DNA of 49,731 nt, taken from contig JAHIUE010000080.1 in the NCBI GenBank assembly GCA_018817205.1, positions 1 to 49,731 of the forward strand. The letters run 5' to 3'. Of this stretch, positions 7,646-18,010 are shown piece by piece (positions within the stretch are counted from its first letter, which is position 1; every line of letters begins with the position of its first letter). The position numbers and the translations under genes are program-made. This DNA is from Patescibacteria group bacterium. GTDB taxonomy: Bacteria > Patescibacteriota > Microgenomatia > Daviesbacterales > UBA10151. The notes under the pieces are model-generated. The model made no database searches. It was not told the DNA's origin and was given only the letters and a program-made list of their open reading frames with translations.

Positions 7646-8245
7646 ATGGATCCGAATGACCCCAATACTCCATATTACTCAGACAGCGCCCCAAAAGGCT
7701 TTTTTAGCCGTCTGGGAGGACATTTAATTGAATTTATCCAATCGGCGGTAGTAGTCGGGGCAATATTTGCACTCCTCTATCTTTTTGTTGCCCAATTCCA
7801 TAAAGTTTCCGGCCTTTCCATGTTTCCCACTTATAACAATGCGGATTTCCTTATCACGGACAAGGTCAGCTACAGGATAAGAAACCCTGAAAGCGGGGAG
7901 GTCATTATCTTAAAAAACCCCAGGGACGAATCCCAGGATTTTATTAAAAGAATTATTGCAGTACCCGGAGACACCTTGGAAATTAGCAATAATAAGGTAA
8001 TGGTAAACGGCCAACAGCTTATTGAAACTTATTTGCCTTCAGGCACACTTACCCATGCGGGAGCTTTTTTAACCGAAGGTTCCCCTATCACAGCAGGGGA
8101 GAATCAATATTTTGTTTTTGGAGATAACAGAAACCATTCTTCCGATTCAAGGGAATGGGGGCCTATTACCAAAGAGGAAATAATCGGAAAGGCTTTTTTC
8201 CGCTACTGGCCGCCCAAAAACATTGGCCTGCTCATTTCAAATTAA
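7646..8245 (+). CDS. lepB: Signal peptidase I
   Basis: TM helix, GLSMFPT, FIKRIIAVPGD, GDNRNHSSDSREWG. Confidence 0.95.
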   Translation: MDPNDPNTPYYSDSAPKGFFSRLGGHLIEFIQSAVVVGAIFALLYLFVAQFHKVSGLSMFPTYNNADFLITDKVSYRIRNPESGEVIILKNPRDESQDFIKRIIAVPGDTLEISNNKVMVNGQQLIETYLPSGTLTHAGAFLTEGSPITAGENQYFVFGDNRNHSSDSREWGPITKEEIIGKAFFRYWPPKNIGLLISN

Positions 8246-9083
8246 AATATCCCACAATTGCCTGATGCAAATCTTCCAAAACCGGGGAGGTTTTGTCGGG
8301 TTCGCCTTCAACAATAAGTTCCAATTTGGCCCTTTTGCCGGTTTGTTCCACTTTAGCCTTTGATTTTTCGGAAACTTTTGACAAAACGGCCAGGATGTTA
8401 TTTTGAATCCTGTCAATGTCTTCTGAAACAATACGCATTGATTCCACAACTGCCGTTTTCCTGGGGCCAATGCCGCGGTCGCTTCTCATCCTGCGGACCA
8501 GCTCCTCTGCCCCCCTGACAGACAAGTTTCTTTTTAATACTTCCTTATAGCCTGTGATTATCAAATGCGGGTCTTCCAGTGCTGACAAGGCTCTGGCATG
8601 ACCTTCGGTTGTTGCGCCCGCCATCAAAGCATCTTTTATGGCGTCGGGCAGTATCAATAATCTGATGGTATTTGAAATATACGAGGCGCTTTTGGACACC
8701 CTTTCTGCAATTTCCTGATTAGCCAACCCAAACTCATCCATTAACCTTTTGTAAGCCTGCGCCCGCTCCAGGGGATTTAAGTCTATCCTTTGGACATTTT
8801 CCACAATTGCCATTTCCAGCATTCCCTGGGGAGAAGTTTCACGGATAATTACCGGCACTTTGGAAAGACCAACAACCTTGGCAGCCCGCCACCTTCTTTC
8901 GCCGGCAATAATCTGGTATCCTGCCGGGGTCTTGGCAATTACCAATGGCTCTAAAATCCCATGGGCACGTATAGAATCACCAAGTTCTGCCAAGGATTCG
9001 GGCGCAATAAGGCCTCTTGGCTGCAGCGGGTTTGGCTGTATAAGATCTATCTCAAGTTCGTAAATTTGTTCCTGCTGATCCAT
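8232..9083 (-). CDS. parB: ParB/Spo0J partitioning protein
   Basis: PNPLQPR, IIAGERRWRAA, ENVQRIDLNPLE, HTH. Confidence 0.95.
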   Translation of the reverse strand: MDQQEQIYELEIDLIQPNPLQPRGLIAPESLAELGDSIRAHGILEPLVIAKTPAGYQIIAGERRWRAAKVVGLSKVPVIIRETSPQGMLEMAIVENVQRIDLNPLERAQAYKRLMDEFGLANQEIAERVSKSASYISNTIRLLILPDAIKDALMAGATTEGHARALSALEDPHLIITGYKEVLKRNLSVRGAEELVRRMRSDRGIGPRKTAVVESMRIVSEDIDRIQNNILAVLSKVSEKSKAKVEQTGKRAKLELIVEGEPDKTSPVLEDLHQAIVGYFNLK

Positions 9084-9085
9084 AT

Positions 9086-9331
9086 TTAGACTATGTTAAT
9101 AATTTTTTTACCAAATTTTGTTTTGAAATTGACTTTGCCTTCGGTGATAGCAAATATGGTATAGTCATTGCCCTGCTTGGTACCGTCTCCGGAATAGAAT
9201 TTGTTTCCTTTTTGGCGGACAATAATATTTCCCGCCTTTACCTTTTGCCCACCATATACCTTAACACCCAATCTCTTGGATACGGAATCCCTGTTTTTTT
9301 TAGTTGAGCCGCCGCCTGTTTTATGTGCCAT
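9086..9331 (-). CDS. rpmA: 50S ribosomal protein L27
   Basis: [28 protein letters not shown]. Confidence 0.97.
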   Translation of the reverse strand: MAHKTGGGSTKKNRDSVSKRLGVKVYGGQKVKAGNIIVRQKGNKFYSGDGTKQGNDYTIFAITEGKVNFKTKFGKKIINIV

Positions 9332-9369
9332 TCTTGAAAGTATACTACTGTGAAAATTTAAGTCAAGAC

Positions 9370-9672
9370 TTAACTTTTCACAGAATAAACTACTTTGGTA
9401 AGTTTAGAACGGTAACCGATAGTTTTGCGGAAATTTGCCTTGGCATGAAATTTAGAAACCCTGATTTTGGGACCTTTGATATCCTCAACGCGTTTCAAAA
9501 TCAACTTGTCCTTTAAATAAGGATTGCCGATTTTTATTTTTCCGTCTTCGGATAGCAACAAGATGCTTGCTGTTATATCTTTATCGCCTTCTTGTCTTGC
9601 AACTTCAAAAGAAGTATTTGGGACGACTTTATATTGCTTGCCTGAAATTTCACAAATTGCATAAGTTAGCAT
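9370..9672 (-). CDS. rplU: 50S ribosomal protein L21
   Basis: [18 protein letters not shown]; lies upstream of rpmA. Confidence 0.93.
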   Translation of the reverse strand: MLTYAICEISGKQYKVVPNTSFEVARQEGDKDITASILLLSEDGKIKIGNPYLKDKLILKRVEDIKGPKIRVSKFHAKANFRKTIGYRSKLTKVVYSVKS

Positions 9673-9681
9673 TGCTGCATT

Positions 9682-10728
9682 TTACCTTTTTTTGCCAGCG
9701 GATGCAACCATCCCCAAACACAAAAGCGTTGCTACCAATGAGCTGCCGCCATATGAAATTAGAGGCAAAGTAATGCCTGTTATCGGCATCAGCCCAATAT
9801 TCATTCCCATATTGACAAAAACCTGAAAAAGCAACATCGACACCACTCCAAGTACAATCAAACACAGAAAATGGCTTCTTGATCTAAGGGCAATTCTTAT
9901 AGAGTAAAGTAACAGGAAAAGATACGCCGACAATATCAACACCGATCCGACAAATCCCATCTCCTCCGCGATTGAGGCAAAGATGAAATCCGTTCTAAAT
10001 TCCGGTAAAAATTGTAAACGGGACTGCGTCCCTCTTCCCAAACCCCTGCCCAAAAGTTGTCCCGACCCCACCGCCACTGTCGATTGTATTAAATTATAGC
10101 CTCTACCCAGGGGATCGGACTCAGGGGAAAGAAAACCCAATACTCTTTGTCTTTGATAATCGTGTAAAAATATCCAGCTGGAAGGGATGGAAATAATAAT
10201 TATTAAGACAAGTATTATAATCTTCCGGATAGGAATGCGGGTTGCAAACAAGACACCTAACCAAATTGCGATAATAGTAAGAGAGGAACCAAGGTCGGGC
10301 TGGATAAAAATCAGCAGGAAATAGACTGATGTCCAAAGGATGCTCTTTATTATATTTCTCCACGTAGGTAAATTTTCCGACCAAAATTTAGCTAAAAATA
10401 ATATTAAAACCGGCTTGGCAAATTCCGAAGGCTGGATATTAAATACGCCAAAAGGAATCCAACGCAAAGCCCCCCTGGTCTCAATACCCAAGATAAATAC
10501 AGCCACAAGCAGCACAATCATTAAAATATATAAAGGGTTAATCAAATTCTTAAGCGCTTCCAGATCCAACCGTAAGATTAAAAAAGCTAATATCATTCCG
10601 GCTGCGGCAAAAATAAATTGCTGCATAGCCAGCTCTTTTGAGGAAGAATAAATTACCAATATTCCGATCGACATCAAAAGAAGCGTACTTAAAAATATCG
10701 GAAAATTTATAAGATTGACAAATTTCAT
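9682..10728 (-). CDS. rodA: Rod shape-determining protein RodA (SEDS)
   Basis: RWI..QPSEFAK, QPDLG, YQRQR, GYNLIQS, LPE..TDFIF, GITLPLISYGGSS. Confidence 0.92.
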   Translation of the reverse strand: MKFVNLINFPIFLSTLLLMSIGILVIYSSSKELAMQQFIFAAAGMILAFLILRLDLEALKNLINPLYILMIVLLVAVFILGIETRGALRWIPFGVFNIQPSEFAKPVLILFLAKFWSENLPTWRNIIKSILWTSVYFLLIFIQPDLGSSLTIIAIWLGVLFATRIPIRKIIILVLIIIISIPSSWIFLHDYQRQRVLGFLSPESDPLGRGYNLIQSTVAVGSGQLLGRGLGRGTQSRLQFLPEFRTDFIFASIAEEMGFVGSVLILSAYLFLLLYSIRIALRSRSHFLCLIVLGVVSMLLFQVFVNMGMNIGLMPITGITLPLISYGGSSLVATLLCLGMVASAGKKR

Positions 10729-13626
10729 TTAGGAAACTTTTAATACTTTAAATTCCGGGCCTTTTTCCAAAGAAACGGAGGCGGTATTTTGCAAAATGAC
10801 TTTCTCATATGCTTTGGGCCAGGAGGGCGCAATAATTTTAGTTTTATCTTTCAAAGTCAGTCCCATTGCTTTACGTTCTTGCTGTATCTGCCTTATTAAA
10901 TCTCTAACTTCGCCTTCCTCTTTCAAACTTTGGGTAATTTTTGTATCCAAGATCACTTCCGGTTCGGCTTTTGAGGATTTTTGGTGTTCAATCTTTTTAA
11001 CATTTGTCTCATCCGCCAAAATTTGTTCAAGTTCTTGGTCTAACTTTTGGTCAAGTTTGTAAACCAAACTGCCCAAAGGCTGTCGGAGCCGAATACCGGC
11101 TTCTTTCCTTTTGGCATGGGCAATTTCTGCAATTTTTCTAATCTGCATCATATCTTTAATTAATTTTTCATCGGGTTTTGTCTCGGAAACTGTCGGATAA
11201 TCCTCCAAATGCACTGATTGTTTACCGGTCAAATTCCGATATATTTCTTCCGATATAAACGGCATAAAAGGCGCCAAAAGTTTGACCAGAGTTACCAACA
11301 CCTCATGCATCACTGACAAGGTTGTACTTCGTTCTCTCTCTCCGGCTCCAGGCCCAACTTTGTCTCTTGACCTTCTGATGTACCAAGTGGAAAAATCACC
11401 TACAATAAACTCCTCCAGGGCTTTTACCGAATCTGCTCCATCGTATTCGGCCAACCCTTTATTAACCCGTAAAATTACTTCCATAAGTCTTGCAAGAATC
11501 CATTTATCCAAAATAGACAGTTCCACTTTTTTCGATTCGGTGTTCCAACTGGTCAACAGCGCATAATCAACAAAGAATTTATAACTATTCCACAAAATTA
11601 AATAAAACCTACGTCTTACTTCATCCGTAGCTTTGTAACCGAAATTTAAATTATATTCGGGATTTTGCCCAATATATAACCATCTCATTACATCAACTCC
11701 GATTTTCTCTGCCGCTTCATTAAAATCTATGGCATTACCTTTAGATTTATGCATCTCTTCACCTTTTTCATCTCTTACAGAAGCAAATCCCAGCACTGTT
11801 TTGAAAGAATTTGTTTTCTTTAGGGCGGTACTCATAGCAATTAAAGAATAAAACCAATTCTTAAACTGCCCGGGGAAACTCTCGGTAATAAAATCCGCCG
11901 GAAACCAATCCTCCGGCATAGTAGAAAAAGATACAATTCCTGCATCAAGCCAAGGGCTTCCAACGTCAGAAATCCTTGATGCTACCTCCCCGCATTTTGT
12001 ACATTTAACTTTAATTTGATCAACCCAAGGCCTATGTGGAGACTTTCCTGCAAATTTGTCCCAACCATCCACCGCCTTTTTTTCAAGCTCTTCTTTGTTT
12101 CCTATAACTTCAAAAGTCTTACATTTCTCACATTCCCAAACAGGTAAAGCCAAACCCCAATACCTTTTTTTGGAAATCAGCCAGTCGTGCATGTTTTTAA
12201 GCCAATCCAGTTCCCTATCAAGTCCCCATTCAGGAATCCAGTTTATTTTCTTGGCAACTTCTATCATCTGCTCGCGAAAAGTTTTACCAGATTCATCGTC
12301 CCTATCCATTGCTATATACCACTCATCTACAACTCTCCAAACGAGTTCTGTTTTACAACGCCAGCAAGTCGGATATCTATGCGTATATTTCTCTGTTCTG
12401 AAAATAAAGCCTTTATCTTCAAGCTTTTTGATAATTAAATCGGAACTCTCATTTGCATTTTTGCCAGTCAAATCTTCAAAACCTTCGAGATACAACGCTT
12501 CTTCATCTATTGATTCGATTACGGGAAGGTTTTCTTTTTTTGCAAGCTGAAAGTCTTCAGCACCTGCACCAGGTGCTATATGTATTAAGCCAGTACCCTC
12601 GTTAGGATTTACAGGTAAAATTTGATTGTCTGTTGGAATAACCCGATGGGGTAAATTTCCCATTTCTTTTTTAACAGCTGGAAAATCATCAAACGCTCCT
12701 TTATATACCAAACCAATCAGCTCATCTCCTCTCATCTCCCCCACTTTTTTAAATCCTTTTTGATTGTTAACTTTGAACGGCAATCCAGCGTCTTCCCTTT
12801 CACCAGGATTAATTATGATGTATTGCTCTTTAGTATCAAGATCTTCCTCTATGAAATATCTTTTTTCGGGATCCACAGCGATAGCTACGTTCGAAGGTAA
12901 AGTCCATGGTGTTGTTGTCCAGATTAGCAAATACTGATTTTTACGTCTAATATCATCTATTGGAAATCTTACAAATACAGCTTCATGGATTAGCTCTTTA
13001 TATTCTTCAGTCAAAATTTCATGCTGGGAAATGGCTGTACCGCAGCGGGGACACCAGGGAACACTATCACGACCTTTGTACAACCACCCTCTGTCATTTA
13101 CAACTTTAATGAAATTCCAAATGGCATAGTTATTTTCGTCCGAAGAAGTGTGATAAGAATCATCCCAATCCATGAAATACCCTAACCTTTTCGATTGCTC
13201 GGTTTGTACTTTAGAATATTTTTTTACCCTGTCCTTACAAAGGTTAATAAACTTTTCTAAACTTTTAAATTTATCACTTGGAACTAACTCTTCGATCTCC
13301 TTTTTATTCTTTATACCCAAGTCTTTCTCAACCTCTACCTCTACCCAAAGCCCTTGTTCATCAAAACCGTTTTGAAACCTTTGCCTAAACCCTTTCATAT
13401 TGAAAAATCTTTGCCACAGGTCTTTATAGGTTCTTCCCCAAGCGTGGTGGACACCCATAGGGTTATTGGCAGTAATCGGACCATCCAAAAAAGAAAATTT
13501 CTTGCCTGATTTCTCGTTTCTTTTTAAGTACTTTTCAACAATTTTGTTGCTAATCCAATAATCGAGTATTTCCTGCTCCATGGCAGGAAAATCACATGAA
13601 GATAATACAGGTTTAAATTTAGCCAT
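10729..13626 (-). CDS. ileS: Isoleucine--tRNA ligase (type 2)
   Basis: FLDGPITAN.MGVHH, WTTTPWTLPSN, GTGLIHIAP, DWLISKKRYWG, EMHKSKGN. Confidence 0.95.
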   Translation of the reverse strand: MAKFKPVLSSCDFPAMEQEILDYWISNKIVEKYLKRNEKSGKKFSFLDGPITANNPMGVHHAWGRTYKDLWQRFFNMKGFRQRFQNGFDEQGLWVEVEVEKDLGIKNKKEIEELVPSDKFKSLEKFINLCKDRVKKYSKVQTEQSKRLGYFMDWDDSYHTSSDENNYAIWNFIKVVNDRGWLYKGRDSVPWCPRCGTAISQHEILTEEYKELIHEAVFVRFPIDDIRRKNQYLLIWTTTPWTLPSNVAIAVDPEKRYFIEEDLDTKEQYIIINPGEREDAGLPFKVNNQKGFKKVGEMRGDELIGLVYKGAFDDFPAVKKEMGNLPHRVIPTDNQILPVNPNEGTGLIHIAPGAGAEDFQLAKKENLPVIESIDEEALYLEGFEDLTGKNANESSDLIIKKLEDKGFIFRTEKYTHRYPTCWRCKTELVWRVVDEWYIAMDRDDESGKTFREQMIEVAKKINWIPEWGLDRELDWLKNMHDWLISKKRYWGLALPVWECEKCKTFEVIGNKEELEKKAVDGWDKFAGKSPHRPWVDQIKVKCTKCGEVASRISDVGSPWLDAGIVSFSTMPEDWFPADFITESFPGQFKNWFYSLIAMSTALKKTNSFKTVLGFASVRDEKGEEMHKSKGNAIDFNEAAEKIGVDVMRWLYIGQNPEYNLNFGYKATDEVRRRFYLILWNSYKFFVDYALLTSWNTESKKVELSILDKWILARLMEVILRVNKGLAEYDGADSVKALEEFIVGDFSTWYIRRSRDKVGPGAGERERSTTLSVMHEVLVTLVKLLAPFMPFISEEIYRNLTGKQSVHLEDYPTVSETKPDEKLIKDMMQIRKIAEIAHAKRKEAGIRLRQPLGSLVYKLDQKLDQELEQILADETNVKKIEHQKSSKAEPEVILDTKITQSLKEEGEVRDLIRQIQQERKAMGLTLKDKTKIIAPSWPKAYEKVILQNTASVSLEKGPEFKVLKVS

Positions 13627-13661
13627 AATGGAGATATTTTAGCAGAATATGTAACTTTACT

Positions 13662-14822
13662 CTAGCGGTTGGAACGAAGGAATGCGGGGATTTCCAAATC
13701 TTCATCATCTTCCTCCAGGCGTTTTTCTTCCCCATCCGCTTCCAGCTCTTTCGCTTCCTTTTGCGTTTGGGTCTCATCGGTTGGAGGAATATTGGAAAAA
13801 GAAGCCGGCTGCGCACCTAAAGAGGCTGATCCTATACCTGTTCCTATATACTCCCGCAGTCTTCTTCTTGTTTCATCAAAACCTGTAGCAATAACAGATA
13901 TTCTTATCTGGTCTAACTGATCTTCTTTAATAGTTGCACCAAAAATGATATTGGCATCCGGGTCGGCCGCTTGGGCAATAATTTGAGCCGCTTCATTCAC
14001 CTCTGTCATGGAAAGATCCGTACCTCCAACTATGTTAAATAGCACTCCTTTTGCCCCCTCAATTGAAACTTCCAGGAGCGGAGAAGCAATAGCCATTCTG
14101 GCCGCTGCAGCAGCCCTGTTGTCTCCACCCGCCACTCCTATTCCCATGAGCGCTGAACCAGCATTAGACATAATGGTTTTAACATCGGCAAAATCTACAT
14201 TAATAAGCCCCGGCATGGTAATTAAGTCGGAAATACCCTGCACCCCCTGGCTCAATACCGAATCTGCCAGCCTAAAAGCTTCTTGTAGTGTCATATTTTT
14301 CTCAACTGTTTCGAGTAACCTCTGGTTGGGAATAACAATCAAAGCATCAACCTTATCTTTCAGTTTCTCAATACCTTCCTCTGCCACCACCATTCTCCTT
14401 GTCCCTTCAAACGCAAAAGGCTTAGTCGTCACTGCCACCGTCAAAGCGCCGATTGTTTTAGCAACTGAAGCGATAATAGGTATGGCACCTGTACCTGTCC
14501 CTCCTCCCATTCCAGCTGTCAAAAATACCATGTCCGCATCCGAAAGAACATCTTGAATCTTCTGCGAAGATTCCTCTGCAGCCTGTTTGCCAATCTCAGG
14601 ATCTCCGCCACTGCCCAACCCCTTGGTTAGAGTTTCGCCAATTTGAACTTTGGTAGGAGATTGATTATTCATCAAAGCTTGAGCATCGGTATTAACAGCC
14701 ACAAATTCTACTCCTTGTATTTGTTGCAAGGAAATCATGGAGTTTAAAGAATTGGAACCACCACCTCCAAGACCCATTACTTTTATCTTGGCAAAACGTT
14801 GCACGTCGGGTTTAATAAGCAT
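13662..14822 (-). CDS. ftsZ: Cell division protein FtsZ
   Basis: GGGTGTG, NVDFADV, C-terminal EIPAFLR. Confidence 0.98.
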   Translation of the reverse strand: MLIKPDVQRFAKIKVMGLGGGGSNSLNSMISLQQIQGVEFVAVNTDAQALMNNQSPTKVQIGETLTKGLGSGGDPEIGKQAAEESSQKIQDVLSDADMVFLTAGMGGGTGTGAIPIIASVAKTIGALTVAVTTKPFAFEGTRRMVVAEEGIEKLKDKVDALIVIPNQRLLETVEKNMTLQEAFRLADSVLSQGVQGISDLITMPGLINVDFADVKTIMSNAGSALMGIGVAGGDNRAAAAARMAIASPLLEVSIEGAKGVLFNIVGGTDLSMTEVNEAAQIIAQAADPDANIIFGATIKEDQLDQIRISVIATGFDETRRRLREYIGTGIGSASLGAQPASFSNIPPTDETQTQKEAKELEADGEEKRLEEDDEDLEIPAFLRSNR

Positions 14823-14884
14823 AAGTTTATAGTTCAGGCAGAATATAACAAAAAGCTAACAAAAATATCAAGTACCAATAACAG

Positions 14885-16177
14885 TTAGGGCAGAAATGAC
14901 TTTACCAGATCTATCCCCTTTTGTATCATACCCTTAATGGGTAAATTTCCGGAAAGCACAGGTATATGCAGTCCCCCGGTGTCCTGTGTTACGCCGTAAA
15001 GAATTAAACCGGCAGCAGATGCAAATGAAGGGGAGTCTATCTCATCAACAAGTCCCGATAAACCTTCAATTTGACCGACTCTGGCCGGAAAACCTAGGAC
15101 ATATTTTGCTTGCTCTAAAACTCCTACCGTTTGCGCGCCTCCTCCGCAAATTACTAATCCCGACGGCACCTGTGTACCAAAACTGCTTTTTTTAAGCTCC
15201 TTGCCGACATATTTAAATATCTCCTGCAACCTCGGTTTAATAATTCCGTCTACCACCGCTTTGCGGGAAATTTTCTGAACCTCTTCTGCCAAACCCAAAG
15301 CTTTTATGTCTATCGCTTCCTCCTCTTTCTTTTTTCCATTCTTACTACTTTCCTCATCCAGTACCGGAAGCTTTGGTGATTTACCCAATGATAATTTGAT
15401 TTTTTCTGCCGATTCCAAGGATACCCTAAGTCCTACAGCCATATCAGAAGTGATGTGTCTTGCTCCAATCGGAATTACGGATGAATAAGCTACAGATCCG
15501 TCAATAAAAATTACCACATCGGTCGTTTCTCCGCCGATATCGACAAGCACTGCTCCCAATTCTTTCTCTGTATCTGATAGTATTGCCAGTGATGAGACAA
15601 TACCGGAGAAAACTAGCTCCGCAACATCAATACCTACCTCTTGTACACATTTAACAAGATTCCTCATCGAAGTAGCCGAACCGGTGATAATATGAGTCTC
15701 TGTTTCCAGCCTTACCCCGGTCATGCCAATTGGGTCTTTAATGCCTTCTTGCCCATCAACAGTAAAAGTTCGTGGAATAACGTGAAGAATTTCTCTTGAA
15801 GATGGAAGTGGGATGGCGCGCGCAGCATCATTAACTCTTTGAACATCGGAATTTTTGATCTCTTCTTCAGGCGCCGATACTGCCACTACCGCATGCTGAT
15901 TGACGCTTTCTATTTGGGGACCGCCGACAGTTACAAAGGCTTGCTGAATTGAGTATCCGGCCATCCTTTCCGCTGCTTCAACAGACTCGGTGATTGCCCC
16001 AATTGCTTCATCAATATCTACTACCTGATTTTTTTTCACCCCGCGTGACGGGGTTGCAGAAACACCAATTAAGTTTATCTTTCCTCCACCCGAAGCTTGT
16101 GAGTCAACTGACGCAATAAGCGTGGCTATTTTTGACGAGCCAACATCTATTCCGCAAATTATTCTATCTTTTGCCAC
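14885..16177 (-). CDS. ftsA: Cell division protein FtsA
   Basis: GIDVGSSKI, DPIGMTGVRLE, VDIGGETT, CGGGA; lies upstream of ftsZ. Confidence 0.96.
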   Translation of the reverse strand: MAKDRIICGIDVGSSKIATLIASVDSQASGGGKINLIGVSATPSRGVKKNQVVDIDEAIGAITESVEAAERMAGYSIQQAFVTVGGPQIESVNQHAVVAVSAPEEEIKNSDVQRVNDAARAIPLPSSREILHVIPRTFTVDGQEGIKDPIGMTGVRLETETHIITGSATSMRNLVKCVQEVGIDVAELVFSGIVSSLAILSDTEKELGAVLVDIGGETTDVVIFIDGSVAYSSVIPIGARHITSDMAVGLRVSLESAEKIKLSLGKSPKLPVLDEESSKNGKKKEEEAIDIKALGLAEEVQKISRKAVVDGIIKPRLQEIFKYVGKELKKSSFGTQVPSGLVICGGGAQTVGVLEQAKYVLGFPARVGQIEGLSGLVDEIDSPSFASAAGLILYGVTQDTGGLHIPVLSGNLPIKGMIQKGIDLVKSFLP

Positions 16178-16217
16178 TGTTATATCCTTCTATAAGTTTT
16201 CATAAAAGAGAACTTGT

Positions 16218-16943
16218 TCATCTTTCGCCATTTTTCTTTGGGGCAAGTTTCACTATTGGTTTATCAAACCTTAAATCGATAAACTCCAAATTACTTAAAT
16301 CTATTTTAGCCTCATTAAGGATTAATTGTAAAGATGCAAGTTGAGTGTCAATTTTACTACCTAGTCGGAAAATTATTTGAGGCCGTCCTGAAAGTATCAA
16401 ATAATCATCAATTACAAAAGCCTCCGGGACATCTAAGTTAAATGTTTTAACTTTCAATAAAATCTTCAGTAAGTTAGGTTTTGAGATATCGATGTCCGGA
16501 ATATAGACTTTCGGGATACCGGCCTCGTTTGCAACACTATCTAACTCTACCCCTTCATCATCTATGATGTAACTTCCTTTTATTTCTCCTGCAGAAGGTG
16601 TAGCGATATTTTGGACATCTGCCGTCACCAGTTGGGCGAAAGGCTGCCTGGGAAGTGCTTCTAGTTTAATGAAATTAGGCAATTTTTTTGAAAGAGCCAC
16701 CGATTTAATGCAGGCGAATTTTTTTTTAAGAATACTTTCTGTTTTGGAAAAATCTATCAGGAAAAAATTCTGTCCCAAAAGAGCTGACGATTCTTTCAAC
16801 TCTTTCTCGCTGGCGCACCTTAAATCTTTGGTAGTAACATCTATTTTTGAAATATTGAATAAACCCAGTCTCCAAACGAAAAATAATCCTCCCATAACAA
16901 CCAACAGAAAAATTATATAAATCGGTTTTCTACTTAAGCGCAT
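16218..16943 (-). CDS. ftsQ: FtsQ/DivIB-like cell division protein
   Basis: TM + POTRA-like region + C-terminal IDLRF; position between murG and ftsA. Confidence 0.8.
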   Translation of the reverse strand: MRLSRKPIYIIFLLVVMGGLFFVWRLGLFNISKIDVTTKDLRCASEKELKESSALLGQNFFLIDFSKTESILKKKFACIKSVALSKKLPNFIKLEALPRQPFAQLVTADVQNIATPSAGEIKGSYIIDDEGVELDSVANEAGIPKVYIPDIDISKPNLLKILLKVKTFNLDVPEAFVIDDYLILSGRPQIIFRLGSKIDTQLASLQLILNEAKIDLSNLEFIDLRFDKPIVKLAPKKNGER

Positions 16944-18010
16944 ATTTTCATAAGCACAGTCTCTAAAGCCAGTCTTTTCGCACCATCGGGTATTATAGCT
17001 CTTTTGCCTTCTTTGGCTTTTAGAGTTAGATCATCTAAATTAACTAACATAGATTTTATATTTTTTATTAAATTTTCAGCTGATAATTTTTGTTGCGGCA
17101 GAATTTTAACAAGACCTAACTTTTTAAAATATCCGGCATTTGCGCCTTGCTCTTTCTGAAAAGCAATTGGTATAACTAAAGCCGGCTTTCCAAGAAATGT
17201 AAGTTCCATCAGAGTATTTATCCCTGCTCGGCAAACTACCAAATCTGTTTTTTGCAAAATACCACCATACCCCGAACCAATCCATTTCATCACTTTATAG
17301 CGGTCGTTTTGAGATTTTTTGAGTTTTTCAAAATCTTTAAATTTATTGTCTCCGGTTACATGAATTACGGAAGTAATTTTTAACAATTTATCCAAAGCTC
17401 GCTCGACAGCCATATTTATGACGTGCGATCCTTGGTTGCCACCCATAATCAAAATATTGAACGCTTTCCTTTTTTGCGAACTTATCTCTTCTGATATTTC
17501 AATAATCTCACTCCTAATCGGATTTCCGGTTAATATGACTTTTGTATTATCGCAAGCGTTTTCTTCAAAAGATACTGCAATTTTATCGGCAAACCAGGAG
17601 CTGATTTTATTGGCCAAGCCGGAAACCAAAGTTTGCTCATGAATAATGATAGGAACCGACAGCAACCACCCCATTATCACCACAGGAACAGCTACATAAC
17701 CTCCAAATGACAAAATTACATCCGGTTTCTCAGAGAGAATAATATAGAGAGCTTGGAAAAGTCCAATCGGAATTTTTAAAAGAGAAGGTATTGTATAAAT
17801 GGTAAATGCTCTTTGTAATCTACCGGTTATAATTGGAATAAATTTAACCCCGAGTAAGGGTAATGTTTGGGATTCCGGCGAAGAAGCTTTGTCTCCTTCA
17901 AGAGTAGTTTTCCTGCCTGCATAAACTATACTAACATCGTCAAATTTTTTTAGCTCCTCAATTGTTGCAATAGCAGGTGTAAAATGCGCTCCCGTAATTA
18001 AAATTTTCAT
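16934..18010 (-). CDS. murG: MurG glycosyltransferase
   Basis: FGGYVAVP, HEQ, TGNPIR, GGNQGS, RAG..T..E. Confidence 0.94.
   Translation of the reverse strand: MKILITGAHFTPAIATIEELKKFDDVSIVYAGRKTTLEGDKASSPESQTLPLLGVKFIPIITGRLQRAFTIYTIPSLLKIPIGLFQALYIILSEKPDVILSFGGYVAVPVVIMGWLLSVPIIIHEQTLVSGLANKISSWFADKIAVSFEENACDNTKVILTGNPIRSEIIEISEEISSQKRKAFNILIMGGNQGSHVINMAVERALDKLLKITSVIHVTGDNKFKDFEKLKKSQNDRYKVMKWIGSGYGGILQKTDLVVCRAGINTLMELTFLGKPALVIPIAFQKEQGANAGYFKKLGLVKILPQQKLSAENLIKNIKSMLVNLDDLTLKAKEGKRAIIPDGAKRLALETVLMKICA

Noticed and set aside
13627..13661. T-box leader upstream of ileS (or of glyQS)
   Set aside because: Only 35 bp precede ileS and glyQS overlaps recO; no T-box motif
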